Assembly (NCBI GenBank): GCA_965223265.1
Contig: OZ244999.1
Span: 3,744,001 to 3,808,000 of the forward strand
Origin: Planctomycetota bacterium
GTDB taxonomy: Bacteria; Planctomycetota; UBA8108; SXIK01
DNA: 64,000 bases
Direction: 5' to 3'
Notes under the pieces: generated by a model
Told to the model about the DNA's origin: nothing
The model's database searches: none
Seen by the model: the letters and a program-made list of their open reading frames with translations, nothing else
In this document: positions 16,396-26,353 of the stretch, piece by piece
Layout: the number at the start of each line of letters is the position of its first letter
How positions within the stretch are numbered: the first letter of the stretch is position 1
Position numbers and translations under genes: made by a program

Positions 16396-17262
16396 ATGCC
16401 CCCACCGAGAAGGGTTGCACCGCCAAAAAGGGGCCTACAGAATTACCAACGGGTTCGCAAAAAACTGCAGACTGCACAGCAAGCGACCGACGACCGAACG
16501 AAGAAGAAGGCTTTTGACTCAATCCGAAGATTGCTGCTACGGAATCGCAAAGGAATTCCTGGTCTGGAGAAGGCCTACAACCATAACCATCACAATGGCG
16601 AACCGTGGGGGCTGCGCGACGATATCAAGAGGGCGTTCGCTGAGAAGCGAGCGGCGCAACTAGTGGAACTGCTTAAGTCCACAAACCCGATTCGGGAACG
16701 GCCGTCGAGAGATTCAGTTAGGCGCCGAAACTTCCAACAGACCGTCTCCGAACTCGAGAGCGCCTGGCCCGCGAAGCTCCGAGAGATCTCGCGAAAAAGA
16801 GCTGAAAAGGACGAGTGGGCCGTTTTTTACCATGAGAACTTCATACAGATATACTTGCATCGAGGCGACCTCAACAAACTAGGTTGGTACGTCGATGAAA
16901 TTCCGTCTCGAGTACCGAAGTCCATGAAAGACCCCATTCGTACGGACTTTCAACTATATGGAAGAATGAGGAGGGTTTGGGGCGGTCGATATGGAAAACT
17001 GCACCAGAACGCGGTGGAATTCCGAGCGACGCGCGGGATCCTCTCCCGACTGTCACGTGACGACGTCAGGAAGAAAGTGGAAGACTTTCTCTCTCGAGAA
17101 CTTCGAAAGCACGACGAGGTCTTGAAGCGCCTTCGCCCCACTGCGGGACCTCCGGGAGGCATACTTCAGTCCGTGGGTTTTTGGCGCAAGGTGTTCGAAC
17201 GCGCCCTGAGAGACCTCAGGGAGGGGAAGGAACCTAAGTTCCCATTCCCCCCCATTTTCTGA
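16396..17262 (+). CDS. Hypothetical highly basic protein (288 aa)
   Basis: ATG 4 nt after the upstream stop with GGGAG SD; very Arg/Lys-rich; no recognisable motif. Confidence 0.65.
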   Translation: MPPPRRVAPPKRGLQNYQRVRKKLQTAQQATDDRTKKKAFDSIRRLLLRNRKGIPGLEKAYNHNHHNGEPWGLRDDIKRAFAEKRAAQLVELLKSTNPIRERPSRDSVRRRNFQQTVSELESAWPAKLREISRKRAEKDEWAVFYHENFIQIYLHRGDLNKLGWYVDEIPSRVPKSMKDPIRTDFQLYGRMRRVWGGRYGKLHQNAVEFRATRGILSRLSRDDVRKKVEDFLSRELRKHDEVLKRLRPTAGPPGGILQSVGFWRKVFERALRDLREGKEPKFPFPPIF

Positions 17263-17517
17263 TTTCGAGACTCTCATTTCGCGTGATTGCGAAAAACTCC
17301 ACGCCGAATTCGTCCGTCATGTTGAACTTCGCTCGGCCCTCGGCGCGCGCTCGAACTTCGCAACTTCGACCGCTCCGAGACGAGGAGGGCTACATAGAGG
17401 CGGCTCCGGTGTATCCCGCTGAGTCAAGCCGCGTCGGCATTGGTGTCGGCGGTGAGGCGCCAGAGCTCACGCGCGATGGAGAGGAGCCTCAGCGATGTGC
17501 GGCGGGTACGCCCTGAA

Positions 17518-17844
17518 TCAGTGGTCGAACACGCCGCGCTCGAGTTCTGTGCCGCAGAAAACGCACGACTCACGGCTCCGCGCTTGCTTCCGACCGCACT
17601 TCGGACAATCTCGAGTTTCGGGAGCAGCACGTCCGTCACGCCTGCCATCAGCGAGATCGAGTTCCTCGATCCTCAGCATCAGCTCTTCGTCGCTGTAGTG
17701 ATGCTCTTCCTTCAAGAGCGTCCAGAGTGCCTGGGTGATCAGGTAGAGGCGTTCGAGATCGTCTCTGAGTTCCAGGGAGGCTTTCTCTCCGCGCTCGCCC
17801 GTGCGCTGCGCACGCCATATCTGAGGGTAGTAATCCGCCATCAA
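17518..17844 (-). CDS. Hypothetical protein with C-terminal zinc ribbon
   Basis: LWTLLKE..IEELDLADGRRDG followed by CPKC-x10-CVFC; GAGG SD. Confidence 0.75.
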   Translation of the reverse strand: MMADYYPQIWRAQRTGERGEKASLELRDDLERLYLITQALWTLLKEEHHYSDEELMLRIEELDLADGRRDGRAAPETRDCPKCGRKQARSRESCVFCGTELERGVFDH

Positions 17845-18044
17845 AACCTCTCGAATCTGTCATTACGAAGCTGGCACGTTGGATTGCCCGTTCCGACACG
17901 GTTCGATTTGGACTGGCGAGAGAGCACATGCGGAGGCGATAAAGTCCAAGCCACAGTAATCGCCAGAAACGCGCATCGGACGTAATTCCGACGGCCAAAC
18001 TTACCACTGGGCCAAGACGACCTACCAAAGGGCACCTTCGCCAT

Positions 18045-19334
18045 ATGAAGAACAGCCAGGACCTGAAGCACGTGGTCATTGTCGGCGGCGGTTTCGCCGG
18101 CTTGAACGCAGCGAAAAAGCTCGGAGGTGCACCGGGACTCAAGGTAACGCTCGTCGACAAGCAGAACCACCACCTTTTCCAGCCTCTTCTCTACCAAGTC
18201 GCCACCGCTGGACTATCGCCCGCGGATATCGCCGCCCCCATCCGCAGTCTCCTCTCGCGCCACAAGAACGTCTCTGTTCTTCAGGGAACGGTAGGCGGCG
18301 TTGACCTTGAGAGAAGAAGCGTTGTCGCCGACTTCGGCGAGCTGCAATTCGATTATCTGCTTTTGTGTTGCGGCGCGGTGCCGTTCTACTTCGGCCACTC
18401 CGAATGGGAGGAGCACGCCCCGAGCCTGAAAACGATTCCGCAAGCCACCGAGATTCGCCGAAGATTGCTGAGTTCCTTTGAAGCTGCTGAGCTCACCGAT
18501 AATCTCGAGAAAAGACGCCAACTTCTGACGAGCGTCATCATCGGCGGTGGTCCCACGGGAGTTGAGCTTGCGGGGGCGATCGGCGAGCTGAGCCGTTTCA
18601 CGCTTGCGAAGGACTTCCGCAGGATCGACGCCAAGCTCACCCGCATCATCCTCATTGAGGCGGGCCCTCGCATTCTCCCATCGTTCGGCGCGGATCACTC
18701 CTCGAGGGCGACTCGGGACCTGGAGACTCTCGGTGTCCAGATATGGACGAACAGCCTGGTGAGCTCGATCGACGCCGATGGCGTCGCGGTTGGATCGGAG
18801 CGCATCGCCGCCGCAACGGTGCTCTGGGCCGCGGGCGTGCGCGCCGTCGACTTCGAGCAAAGCGATGGAATGCAGCGAGATCAAAGTGGGAGGATCGCGG
18901 TGACGGACGACCTGAGCGTTGCCGGACATCCGAATGTGTTCGTCGCTGGCGACCAAGCGAGTGTCGACCCAGCGCTTCCCGGCACGGCTCCCGTCGCGAT
19001 GCAGCAGGGGCGATTCGTCGCCAAGACGATCCTGAGGGACATTGCAGGCGAGCCGCGGGAAAACTTTCAGTTCGTCGACCGAGGTCAGATGGCAACGATC
19101 GGCCGCAGTCGCGCAGTCGTCGAAATCCGCAAGCTGAAATTCTCCGGCTTGTTCGCGTGGATCACTTGGCTGACGGTCCACATCTATTTCCTCACGGGAT
19201 TCAAGAACCGGCTTTTCGTTGTGCTCAGCTGGGCCTGGTCTTACCTGACATTTCGTCGCGGAGCACGCTTGGTGGTTGGGCGTGAGTGGCGCCTCAACAG
19301 AGGAGACCTGAAAAAGCGGCAAGAATCCGCCTGA
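18045..19334 (+). CDS. ndh: Type II NADH:quinone oxidoreductase (NDH-2)
   Basis: GGGFAG, HLFQPLLYQVATA, GGGPTGVELAG, LWAAGV, FVAGD, APVAMQQG, MATIGR, HIYFL. Confidence 0.93.
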   Translation: MKNSQDLKHVVIVGGGFAGLNAAKKLGGAPGLKVTLVDKQNHHLFQPLLYQVATAGLSPADIAAPIRSLLSRHKNVSVLQGTVGGVDLERRSVVADFGELQFDYLLLCCGAVPFYFGHSEWEEHAPSLKTIPQATEIRRRLLSSFEAAELTDNLEKRRQLLTSVIIGGGPTGVELAGAIGELSRFTLAKDFRRIDAKLTRIILIEAGPRILPSFGADHSSRATRDLETLGVQIWTNSLVSSIDADGVAVGSERIAAATVLWAAGVRAVDFEQSDGMQRDQSGRIAVTDDLSVAGHPNVFVAGDQASVDPALPGTAPVAMQQGRFVAKTILRDIAGEPRENFQFVDRGQMATIGRSRAVVEIRKLKFSGLFAWITWLTVHIYFLTGFKNRLFVVLSWAWSYLTFRRGARLVVGREWRLNRGDLKKRQESA

Positions 19335-19436
19335 GATAACGTCGAGCTCTGTGAATTTCGGACCGCGGGTCGACTCGGCATCGGATATGCTGCCTGCTGG
19401 TCTATCAAACTCACCATCCGCCGCGGAGCTTTGGTC

Positions 19437-21602
19437 GTGCCTTACCATCCCTTTTTCATCTACCGTCTATTGGTTGCCACCTCATGGGCGGTGCTCCTCG
19501 CCGCCCCCCATCTCAAGGCGCAGAATCCGAGCTACGCCAAGCAACCGACCATCGTGGAGTACGATGTAGATCCGGCCTGGCCTCAACGACCCGACCATAT
19601 CGTCCGCAAAGGCTGGGTTTCGGGACTTGCCATCGACAGCCAGGACCAGATTTGGCTCTTCGGCAAACGCCCGGATCCAGTGCAGGTCTACACCGCCGAT
19701 GGGAAATTCGTCCGCACCTGGGGACAAGGCCTTTTCAGCAACCCACACCACCTGCGGATCGGTCCGGACGGAAACATTTGGGTGGCCGATTTTGGCCTGC
19801 ATATCGTGCAGAAATTCACGCCGGAGGGAAAGCTCCTGCAGACCCTTGGAGTCAGAGGCGAGAAGGGCGACGACGAAACGCATTTCAACATGCCGACGGA
19901 CATGGCCATCACTCCCGCCGGTGACATCTTCGTCACCGACGGCTACGGCAACCGCCGGATCGTCCATCTCGACAAACACGGAAAGTTTATTAAGGCGTGG
20001 GGGCGGTACGGCTCACGCCCGGGGGAATTCATCCTGCCGCACGCGATCGTTGTTGACGCTGAGGGTCTACTGTACGTGGCCGACCGCAACAGCGCCCGCA
20101 TCCAGGTCTTTGACCAAGAGGGAACGTTTCTCGATCAGTGGTCAAACGTCATCATGCCTTGGGGCCTCTCCATTTCCGGTGATGACATCTGGGTCTGTGG
20201 ATCCTCGCCTCACTGGTGGCTCCGGAGCGAGAAATACCCCGAGTATAAGGATCAGATGTTCGTTCGTTTCGATCGCAGTGGACGCGTTCTTCAGCTCTGG
20301 ACGATCCCCCTCGGCGACATCGGCGAGGATAAGAACAACCCGGATGTCTCGCTACTGCACTCTGGCGAGGCTGTCGGGGTGCACTGCATCGCGGAAGACT
20401 CGAACGGCAACATTTACCTCGGAGAAATCTACAGCGAACGGGCGCAGAAGTTCGTGCCCGTGACGAGTCGTGCGACGCCGCACCAGCGCCGCTTCATTTA
20501 CAACTCGGACGGCACCAACATGTTCTACCAGCAAGTGCCGCCCATGGCTGCGTCCGACGTACATCGATATATCGACGAGGTCGCAGACAAAGGTGTGACG
20601 ACGTTCTTCTACAGCCCGAACGTCGGCATGCTAGCGAACTACCCAAGCAGACACCCGGGGATGGTGGGGGCAGGAGTTTCGCAGGAAAAAGAGCGCCGCA
20701 TCCACGAGGTCGCCATCGAAAAAGAGTCGACCGAGCGTGCGATCGTCAATCTCCGCGCTCTACTTTCCGCCGGGCATGATCCGGTCGGGCTCATCCTCGA
20801 ACGAGCCCAAGCGAAAGGCCTCGAGGCGTTCATCAGCTATCGACTCAACGAGATTCACGATGTGCAGAACCCTGATACGAGCCTGATTGTTTCGCCCTTT
20901 TGGCGCGAACATCCCGAGTGGCGTGTCGGCCAGCACGGCGACGAAGTGAGCCCGCTCTTCAAGGAGATCATCGGCGGTCGCCCTGACTACAAAGTGCACC
21001 CGATCGTCTCGTCTTGGTTTCCCGGCGCTCTCAACTTCGCGGTTCCAGAGGTTCGCGCCGAGCGCCTCGCTGAGCTGCGCGAGTGCTGCGAGCGCTACCC
21101 CATCGACGGACTCGATCTCGATTTTCAGCGCTTTCCCATCTATTTCCCTCAGGACGAAGGACACAAGCACGTCGAGACCATGACCGAGTGGGTGCGCCAG
21201 GTGCGGGCGATGACGCGCGAGGTCGCGCGCAAGCGAGGCAGGCCGATTCTTCTCTCGGCGCGCATCCTCGCCAAGCCCGAGCAGTGCCTCGCCATCGGCC
21301 TCGATCCCGTCACGTGGGCCAAGGAGGGTCTTCTGGACTTCGTGATCGTCTCTCACTACCTGCGGAACGATTTCCCGCTACCGATCGCGGAGTACAAGAA
21401 GCTGATCACGAAGATTCCCGTTTACGCCTGCATCGAAGTCGAGCGCGACGCTGAGAACTACCGTCGCATCGCGCGCGAGCTTTGGGACGGCGGCGCCGAT
21501 GGGCTCGCCATGTTCAACTTTTTCACGTGGCGCGAAGGAGCCAAGAAGGAACCGGAGTTCGAACTTTTCCGCGAGCTTTCCGACCCGGAGAAATTGAAGT
21601 AG
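19437..21602 (+). CDS. Secreted NHL-repeat propeller fused to a glycoside hydrolase-like (GHL10/DUF187-type) TIM barrel
   Basis: Signal peptide; NHL blades (FNMPTDMA..DGYGNRRI, PHAIVVD..YVADRNSARIQVF); second half FIYNSDG..SYRLNEIHD..LNFAVPEVR..DGLDLDF..GADGLAMFNF. GTG start with GGAG SD (track start 19431). Confidence 0.8.
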   Translation: MPYHPFFIYRLLVATSWAVLLAAPHLKAQNPSYAKQPTIVEYDVDPAWPQRPDHIVRKGWVSGLAIDSQDQIWLFGKRPDPVQVYTADGKFVRTWGQGLFSNPHHLRIGPDGNIWVADFGLHIVQKFTPEGKLLQTLGVRGEKGDDETHFNMPTDMAITPAGDIFVTDGYGNRRIVHLDKHGKFIKAWGRYGSRPGEFILPHAIVVDAEGLLYVADRNSARIQVFDQEGTFLDQWSNVIMPWGLSISGDDIWVCGSSPHWWLRSEKYPEYKDQMFVRFDRSGRVLQLWTIPLGDIGEDKNNPDVSLLHSGEAVGVHCIAEDSNGNIYLGEIYSERAQKFVPVTSRATPHQRRFIYNSDGTNMFYQQVPPMAASDVHRYIDEVADKGVTTFFYSPNVGMLANYPSRHPGMVGAGVSQEKERRIHEVAIEKESTERAIVNLRALLSAGHDPVGLILERAQAKGLEAFISYRLNEIHDVQNPDTSLIVSPFWREHPEWRVGQHGDEVSPLFKEIIGGRPDYKVHPIVSSWFPGALNFAVPEVRAERLAELRECCERYPIDGLDLDFQRFPIYFPQDEGHKHVETMTEWVRQVRAMTREVARKRGRPILLSARILAKPEQCLAIGLDPVTWAKEGLLDFVIVSHYLRNDFPLPIAEYKKLITKIPVYACIEVERDAENYRRIARELWDGGADGLAMFNFFTWREGAKKEPEFELFRELSDPEKLK

Positions 21603-21796
21603 CGATAGTTTCTCAGGGGATGGTCGCGATGTAGGCGGGACTGGCTTGGCCGAATACTCACTGAAGTGCGCGAACTTACTCGAACGTCCAAGGGTCAGAC
21701 AGCACTCATGGTACCTTTGGCCGCACTGGACCGTGCTGTTCGCAGGCACTCGGTGACCCAGCGAGTCTGCGCCGAAGTCTAAGATGGGATAGGCGA

Positions 21797-22717
21797 ATGC
21801 GAGGCGACGTTGTCTATCGAGTGTATGGGCTACACGAAGGAAGAGAGCAGGACCAGTATTTCGATTGCTATCGAACAGCTCAAGAAGCGGAGGCTCGGAT
21901 CGCTGAGCTGAAGTCGAAACCCGATCATTGGAGCGAAAAATATCACAACAAGGGATTCGTTATCCGAGAAGCTGTGGTCGATACGGATTTTGAGATCCCG
22001 TCCCTACCAAAACCTCGTGACAACTATGCTGTCAGAATCTCTACGAAACCTAGCGATCCAGGGACCTGGGACTCAACCCTCGTCCAGGTATTCCGGCGAG
22101 ACCCATCCGGCGACCATTTGATCTGTGAATACGAACGCAACTACTCGATGTTTCAAACCTTTGAGCCGTTCCGGCAGGGGCAACGGGAATTTGCTCTCGT
22201 CTCCCGCGACTACACCAAGAGTGCGGTTCTCGATTTGGCCTCGGGAGAAGTCATTGCTGAGGAGGCAGAAGAGTACTATGGAGAAGATGCTCAACGTCCC
22301 GGCGCTGGATTCTGCCCAGTTGGGTTTTTCGTCCCTGATTGGTGGGACGTGCATGATGATTCCGTTATCCCTGGGAGCGAATTCTGGGATGAGGACGATG
22401 AATGGCCGACAGGGGGTTTTGGATTTGTCTGGGGGTGTCACTGGGGAGACGATAGTTCGTGGAAGGTGCAGCACCTTGATCTTTCGTGTGTCCGGGACGG
22501 CGTGATCAAGCGCGATGATCGATTTGGATACATAGAGTTGGCTACGATCGGCTACACTTCGCCAGTTTTTCGATCCTCAGCCGCGAGGACGACCCCCTCA
22601 CGCCCTCCAGAGTTCATTCGGCTCTGGAGCGAGAAAGGAGTTCCTCGAGTTACATTCGCGGTTGAATTGGAATTCGATCTTCGCACCGGAAAAAAGTTCG
22701 ACTCAGACGTCTCGTGA
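21797..22717 (+). CDS. Hypothetical protein (Trp/Asp-rich)
   Basis: 306-aa ORF filling the intergenic space; GFCPVGFFVP, FVWGCHWGDDSSWK; A/T-richer than flanks by eye. Confidence 0.7.
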   Translation: MRGDVVYRVYGLHEGREQDQYFDCYRTAQEAEARIAELKSKPDHWSEKYHNKGFVIREAVVDTDFEIPSLPKPRDNYAVRISTKPSDPGTWDSTLVQVFRRDPSGDHLICEYERNYSMFQTFEPFRQGQREFALVSRDYTKSAVLDLASGEVIAEEAEEYYGEDAQRPGAGFCPVGFFVPDWWDVHDDSVIPGSEFWDEDDEWPTGGFGFVWGCHWGDDSSWKVQHLDLSCVRDGVIKRDDRFGYIELATIGYTSPVFRSSAARTTPSRPPEFIRLWSEKGVPRVTFAVELEFDLRTGKKFDSDVS

Positions 22718-22801
22718 TCTCTCGCAAGTGACAGAATAGATGGCACCCGGCAACTGAAGGGTTGTTCGTCGACCTGCCAGCACTTACGCGTTCTTCTACG
22801 C

Positions 22802-24364
22802 TCAGAGCGTCGGCCCAATGTTCCACGGGCTGAACTCCTCCTCGCCGACGCCCTGGAGCTCGCTCTTGGTGTGCTCGCCGCTGGCAACGCGCAGCACCAG
22901 CTCAAAGAGATCCTCGCCAACCGTCTCGACTGGAACACCGTCAAGAATAACGCCAGCGTTGACGTCCATGTCGGCCTCCATGCGCTCGAACATCTCGGTG
23001 TTCGTCGCCACCTTGATGCAGGGGCTCGGCTTGCACCCATAGACCGATCCGCGGCCGGTGGTGAAGACGCAAACGTTCGCGCCGCCGGCGACGATTCCTG
23101 TCATCGACACCGGGTCGTAACCCGGAGTGTCCATGACGACGAACCCTGGCTCGGTGATCGGGTCGGCGTAGCGGTACACAGCGCGCAGCGCCGTCGAGCC
23201 GCCCTTGGCGATGGCGCCGAGCGACTTCTCGTAGATCGTCGTCAGGCCGCCTTCCTTGTTTCCAGGTGAGGGGTTGTTGTTGATCTCGGCGCCGAAGACG
23301 CTCGTATACCACTCCCACCATTTGATGCGCTCGACGAGGCGTTCCCCAACCTCCCGCGACACGGCCCGCCGCGTCAACAGATGCTCGGCGCCATAGATCT
23401 CAGGAGTTTCGCCGAGGACTGCCGAGCCGCCGCACGCGACGATGCGGTCAGCGGCGACACCAACCGCCGGGTTCGCCGTGACGCCGCTGTTGCCATCCGA
23501 ACCACCGCACTGCATGCCGAAAACGAGTTTCGACGCCGGCACCTCCTCGCGCCGGACGTCATTGGCACGCGGCAACACTTCGAGGAGTGACCTGACGCCC
23601 GCCTCAACCGTTCGCGCGATGCCCCCGGCCTCTTGAATGGTCACCACTGGGGGAGCCACCGCCTGCGACGAGCTCGCGACTTCACTCTTCAGGCCTTCAA
23701 TCTGGACGAGTTTCTGACTCTCGATCAGGTGCGACGTTTGGCCGATCTCGCATCCGAGACCGACAAGCAGGTAGGCACCGATGTTCGGGTGACGCGCAAA
23801 CCCACCCAGCGTCCGCGCCAGTTGCAAGTGATCCTCGCCATCGTACGCCATCCCACATCCCGTCTTGTGCGTGATGGGCAGCACGCCGTCGACGTTCGGA
23901 AACTGCTGCAGCACGTCGCCCGAGACTCTCTGAGCGATGTACTTGCTGGTCGACGCCGAGCAATTCACCGTACTGATGATGGCCACGTAGTTGCGCGTGC
24001 CCACGCGACCGTCAGCGCGCACGTAGCCGCGAAAACTCCGGTCCGAAATCGGCTCAAGCGGCGGCGGCACGTCGGCAGCGAAGCAGTAGTCGCGATCGAA
24101 GGCTTGGGCCGAGCAGTTGTGCACATGGACTTGCTCGCCGGGTGCGATGTCAGCAGCGGCAAAGCCGATCGTGTGCCCATACTTGCGGACTGCATCGCCC
24201 TCGAGGATTCGTTCCAGCGCTACCTTATGCCCCATCGGGATCGGCACTTTGGTCGTGATACTAACGCCATCGACTTCGAGCGTCTCGCCCGCCTGAACGT
24301 GCACGCAGGCCACGGCCACGTTGTCGTCCATTCGGAGCCGGAGGACGCTACGCTTCGAATTCAC
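22802..24364 (-). CDS. uxaA: Altronate dehydratase family (UxaA/GarD) with SAF domain
   Basis: DNVAVA..GHKVAL..KYG..HVHN (SAF), GTRN, GLGCE, QCGGSD, NPSPGNKEGGLTTIYEKSLG, FTTGRG. GTG at 24364 with GAGGG SD. Exact substrate unproven. Confidence 0.88.
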   Translation of the reverse strand: MNSKRSVLRLRMDDNVAVACVHVQAGETLEVDGVSITTKVPIPMGHKVALERILEGDAVRKYGHTIGFAAADIAPGEQVHVHNCSAQAFDRDYCFAADVPPPLEPISDRSFRGYVRADGRVGTRNYVAIISTVNCSASTSKYIAQRVSGDVLQQFPNVDGVLPITHKTGCGMAYDGEDHLQLARTLGGFARHPNIGAYLLVGLGCEIGQTSHLIESQKLVQIEGLKSEVASSSQAVAPPVVTIQEAGGIARTVEAGVRSLLEVLPRANDVRREEVPASKLVFGMQCGGSDGNSGVTANPAVGVAADRIVACGGSAVLGETPEIYGAEHLLTRRAVSREVGERLVERIKWWEWYTSVFGAEINNNPSPGNKEGGLTTIYEKSLGAIAKGGSTALRAVYRYADPITEPGFVVMDTPGYDPVSMTGIVAGGANVCVFTTGRGSVYGCKPSPCIKVATNTEMFERMEADMDVNAGVILDGVPVETVGEDLFELVLRVASGEHTKSELQGVGEEEFSPWNIGPTL

Positions 24365-24550
24365 TGTTCCCTCTGGTTCTGCTTGACTGTTTGTTCTGTG
24401 GGACTGTTTGGCGCTAAGAATGACCTGCCCGATGAGTCCAAAAGTCTGCCACACCGAGACGACTTGGAAAAGGATTTAACTAGGCAGGAAAATGTCTATA
24501 GTGAGGCGTTCGAACCACACCTGGCGCAAACGTCCTCTATCCAACTCGAC

Positions 24551-25759
24551 ATGAAAACGATCGAACTTCCCCCATCGCTCACACCGGTTCTCTGGGACAC
24601 TCTCGAATTCGCTGCGTCGCAACTCGAGCGCAGTGCTGCGGCGTGGCCTCCCGACAGGCCAGCCCCGATCCATACACGCGATGGCAAATGGTACCGAGCC
24701 AAGGACCTCTGGACCGATTGGACACCAGGCTTCTTCGCCGGACAGATGTGGATCATCGCTAAGCTACTCGAAAGCGCCGCTTGGCAGTCGCGAGCGATCG
24801 CCTACACCGAAAAGCTCCACCATCGCTGTTACGACCGCGACGTACACGATCTCGGCTTCGTGTTTTTGTCTTCGTACGGCCGTTGGCGTGACCGCTTGTC
24901 CAGCGGCGATCCACAGCGTCGACTGATCGAAGAAATCATGATCACCGCGGCCACCGTGCAGTCGTTTCGCTGGAACGGCATGACCGAGAGGCAAGGATTC
25001 ATTTACTCATTCAACGGTCCGCAGTCGCTCTTCATCGACATCATGATGAACGTTCGGCTGCTTTTCTGGGCATCGCGGCACGGCGCTCCCTCAGAGGTTC
25101 TTCAGCGTGCCACCGAGCATTCGAAGACGTCGGCTCACTACCTCGTCAGGCGAGATGGACCGCGGCTCGGGGACGAGGACGGTCGAACGGCCCACGAAGC
25201 GATCTTTAACACCGACGCGGGACGAGGGGAGTTCCGCTGTCTGTCAACGCAACAAGGCTACTCGCCTTTCACGTGTTGGTCGCGCGGCCTCGCCTGGGCG
25301 ATGTACGGTTTCTCTGAGGCCTATCGCTACACGGGTGAAAGAGAGTTCCTCGAAACGGCGCAGCGCTGCGCGACGTTCTATTTGAAACACACACCGCAGC
25401 ACGGTGTACCGTACTGGGACTACGGTGCTCCAGACATTCCGAATGAGCCCTACGATAGTTCCGCAGCGGCCGTCATCGGCTGCGCGCTCCTGTTGCTCGC
25501 AGACCATGTCGACGGCGATCAAAGCCGCGGGTACGTCGAAGCGGCACTACGCGTCGCGGAGACTCTGACAAGCGGTGAGTTCCTCGCCAAGGAAAAATCG
25601 CGCGAAGAAGGCATCTTGCTGCAGGGCGTCTACCACCGACCGAACGACTGGGGCGTGAACGCCTCAGTGATGTGGGGGGAGTACTTTTTCCTCGAATTCG
25701 TCGAGAGACTCCTGATCCTCGGCGGAGAGGCGGCCGCCGATCTCCCAGGAATCGACTGA
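24551..25759 (+). CDS. GH88 unsaturated glucuronyl hydrolase family protein
   Basis: DWTPGFFAG, HDLGF, IDIMMN, TQQG..WSRGLAWAMYGF, PYWDY, DSSAAA, WGEYFFLE. True start ATG 24551. Confidence 0.88.
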   Translation: MKTIELPPSLTPVLWDTLEFAASQLERSAAAWPPDRPAPIHTRDGKWYRAKDLWTDWTPGFFAGQMWIIAKLLESAAWQSRAIAYTEKLHHRCYDRDVHDLGFVFLSSYGRWRDRLSSGDPQRRLIEEIMITAATVQSFRWNGMTERQGFIYSFNGPQSLFIDIMMNVRLLFWASRHGAPSEVLQRATEHSKTSAHYLVRRDGPRLGDEDGRTAHEAIFNTDAGRGEFRCLSTQQGYSPFTCWSRGLAWAMYGFSEAYRYTGEREFLETAQRCATFYLKHTPQHGVPYWDYGAPDIPNEPYDSSAAAVIGCALLLLADHVDGDQSRGYVEAALRVAETLTSGEFLAKEKSREEGILLQGVYHRPNDWGVNASVMWGEYFFLEFVERLLILGGEAAADLPGID

Positions 25760-25774
25760 GCGACGACAAGCGTT

Positions 25775-26353
25775 ATGAAACAATGGCTGAGTTTTGCTCG
25801 ACGGTTCGCCTCCCGGCCGCGAACCGTGGGCGCCATCGCGCCGAGCTCGCGCTTCCTCGCTCGCGCCATGCTTGAAGATGCGGGCGTCAGCCAAGCGAAC
25901 TGCGTCGCAGAGTTGGGACCGGGAACCGGAGCTTTCACTGCTGAGATTCTGCCACGACTCGGCGAGCAGACGACGTTCTTCGCCCTCGAGATCGACCCGG
26001 AGTTTGCAGGCGCTCTACGGGACAAATTCCCTCGACTGACGGTTTACAACGCGTCCGCGGAGAGATTGCCCGACTATGCGGCGCAGCACGGACACGATCA
26101 TGTCGACACCGTGCTCTCCGGGCTTCCCTGGGCGAGCCTGCCGCTCGAGGTTCAGGACGGGGTCCTCGAGGCCATCACCAACACACTACGACCAGGCGGA
26201 CATTTCGCTACCTTCGCCTACATTCACGCCAAGAATCTCCCGAACGCGCGGATCTTTCGCGACCGACTGCGATCTCACTTTTCGAAACTCGAGGTGAGTC
26301 CGGTCGTCTGGCGCAATCTGCCGCCGGCCTTTGTTTATCGGTGCAAGAAGTGA
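25775..26353 (+). CDS. Class I SAM methyltransferase (phospholipid N-methyltransferase-like)
   Basis: VGAIAPSSRFLA, ELGPGTG, SGLP, NLPPAFVY. Confidence 0.85.
   Translation: MKQWLSFARRFASRPRTVGAIAPSSRFLARAMLEDAGVSQANCVAELGPGTGAFTAEILPRLGEQTTFFALEIDPEFAGALRDKFPRLTVYNASAERLPDYAAQHGHDHVDTVLSGLPWASLPLEVQDGVLEAITNTLRPGGHFATFAYIHAKNLPNARIFRDRLRSHFSKLEVSPVVWRNLPPAFVYRCKK

Noticed and set aside
13232-17300. Integrative element or prophage around vapBC and the A/T-richer genes
   Set aside because: No integrase, transposase, tRNA target or flanking direct repeats were found by eye.
18213-19448. Long antisense ORFs (411 aa here; also 9451-10428, 28614-29618, 39952-41025, 57401-58429)
   Set aside because: They lie opposite well-supported genes, carry no motifs, and are expected shadows in high-GC DNA.
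23633-24550. Apparent 708-aa GH88 with a 306-aa N-terminal extension
   Set aside because: The extension is mostly the antisense shadow of the uxaA-family gene; GH88 motifs begin only after ATG 24551.
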